From NCBI GenBank assembly GCA_001949185.1, contig BDGG01000002.1, positions 2,539,826 through 2,603,825 of the forward strand: DNA of 64,000 nucleotides, given 5' to 3'. This DNA comes from Ramazzottius varieornatus (Eukaryota; Animalia; Tardigrada). Position 1 is the stretch's first letter. The number at the start of each line of letters is the position of its first letter. The notes under the pieces were generated by a model. That model did not search any database, was not told where the DNA came from, and saw nothing but the letters and a program-made list of their open reading frames with translations. Shown one piece after another: positions 63,766 through 64,000 of this stretch. The translations under genes and the position numbers were made by a program.

Positions 63766-63971
63766 TACAGTACACGCAGGACGAGAAATTACGGTAAAGT
63801 AAAAACTATGGTACAGGCCTTTTCGCTACAGCGGTACGGGAGCACGTACGTACGCGACCGATTCACAGTAATACATTTTTCGACACTTCGGTCGAATTTC
63901 CATCTTGCCGTCCTTTCCGCCTGTCCCATAATTTTCACTGTATCATGATATCTCGTCCCGCGTGTCCTGTA
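63766..63971 (-). mobile_element. TA-type MITE family T1
   Basis: TA-CAGTACACGC...GCGTGTCCTG-TA ends, about 50-bp imperfect TIRs and the shared family core. Confidence 0.8.
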
Positions 63972-64000
63972 TATCTCTCCTTGGGGCGATACAGTATATC

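Noticed and set aside
1-64000. CRISPR arrays, operons, rRNA or tRNA genes
   Set aside because: The sequence is intron-containing eukaryotic DNA; no regularly spaced direct repeats or recognisable structural RNA genes were seen by eye.

Overview
Eukaryotic animal genomic DNA with short GT-AG introns, not prokaryotic. The gene content (Tlx homeobox, gustatory receptor, amplified NPR/receptor-guanylyl-cyclase-type ectodomains, low-complexity orphans) suggests a compact panarthropod genome such as a tardigrade; this is inference and unverified. The window has two parts. About 1-39 kb is a transposon-rich zone of duplicated and mostly decaying genes. It holds four paralogous NPR-like receptors (the two resolvable 3' ends stop in a short tail with no kinase-homology or cyclase domain), an intron-containing PMCA Ca2+-pump pseudogene, and a damaged gene for a secreted, channel-less iGluR ligand-binding domain (S1 joined directly to S2). 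It also holds many hAT-, TA- and TTAA-flanked MITEs. About 40-64 kb is gene-dense and apparently intact: a 95-aa disordered orphan, Tlx, a head-to-head pair of secreted Gly/Ser/Gln/Asn/Phe-rich proteins (one with three gapless 64-aa repeats), ZNHIT6/BCD1, ACSL, a 180-aa orphan and a GR-family chemoreceptor. All gene models were spliced and translated by eye, so boundaries may be off by a few bases.
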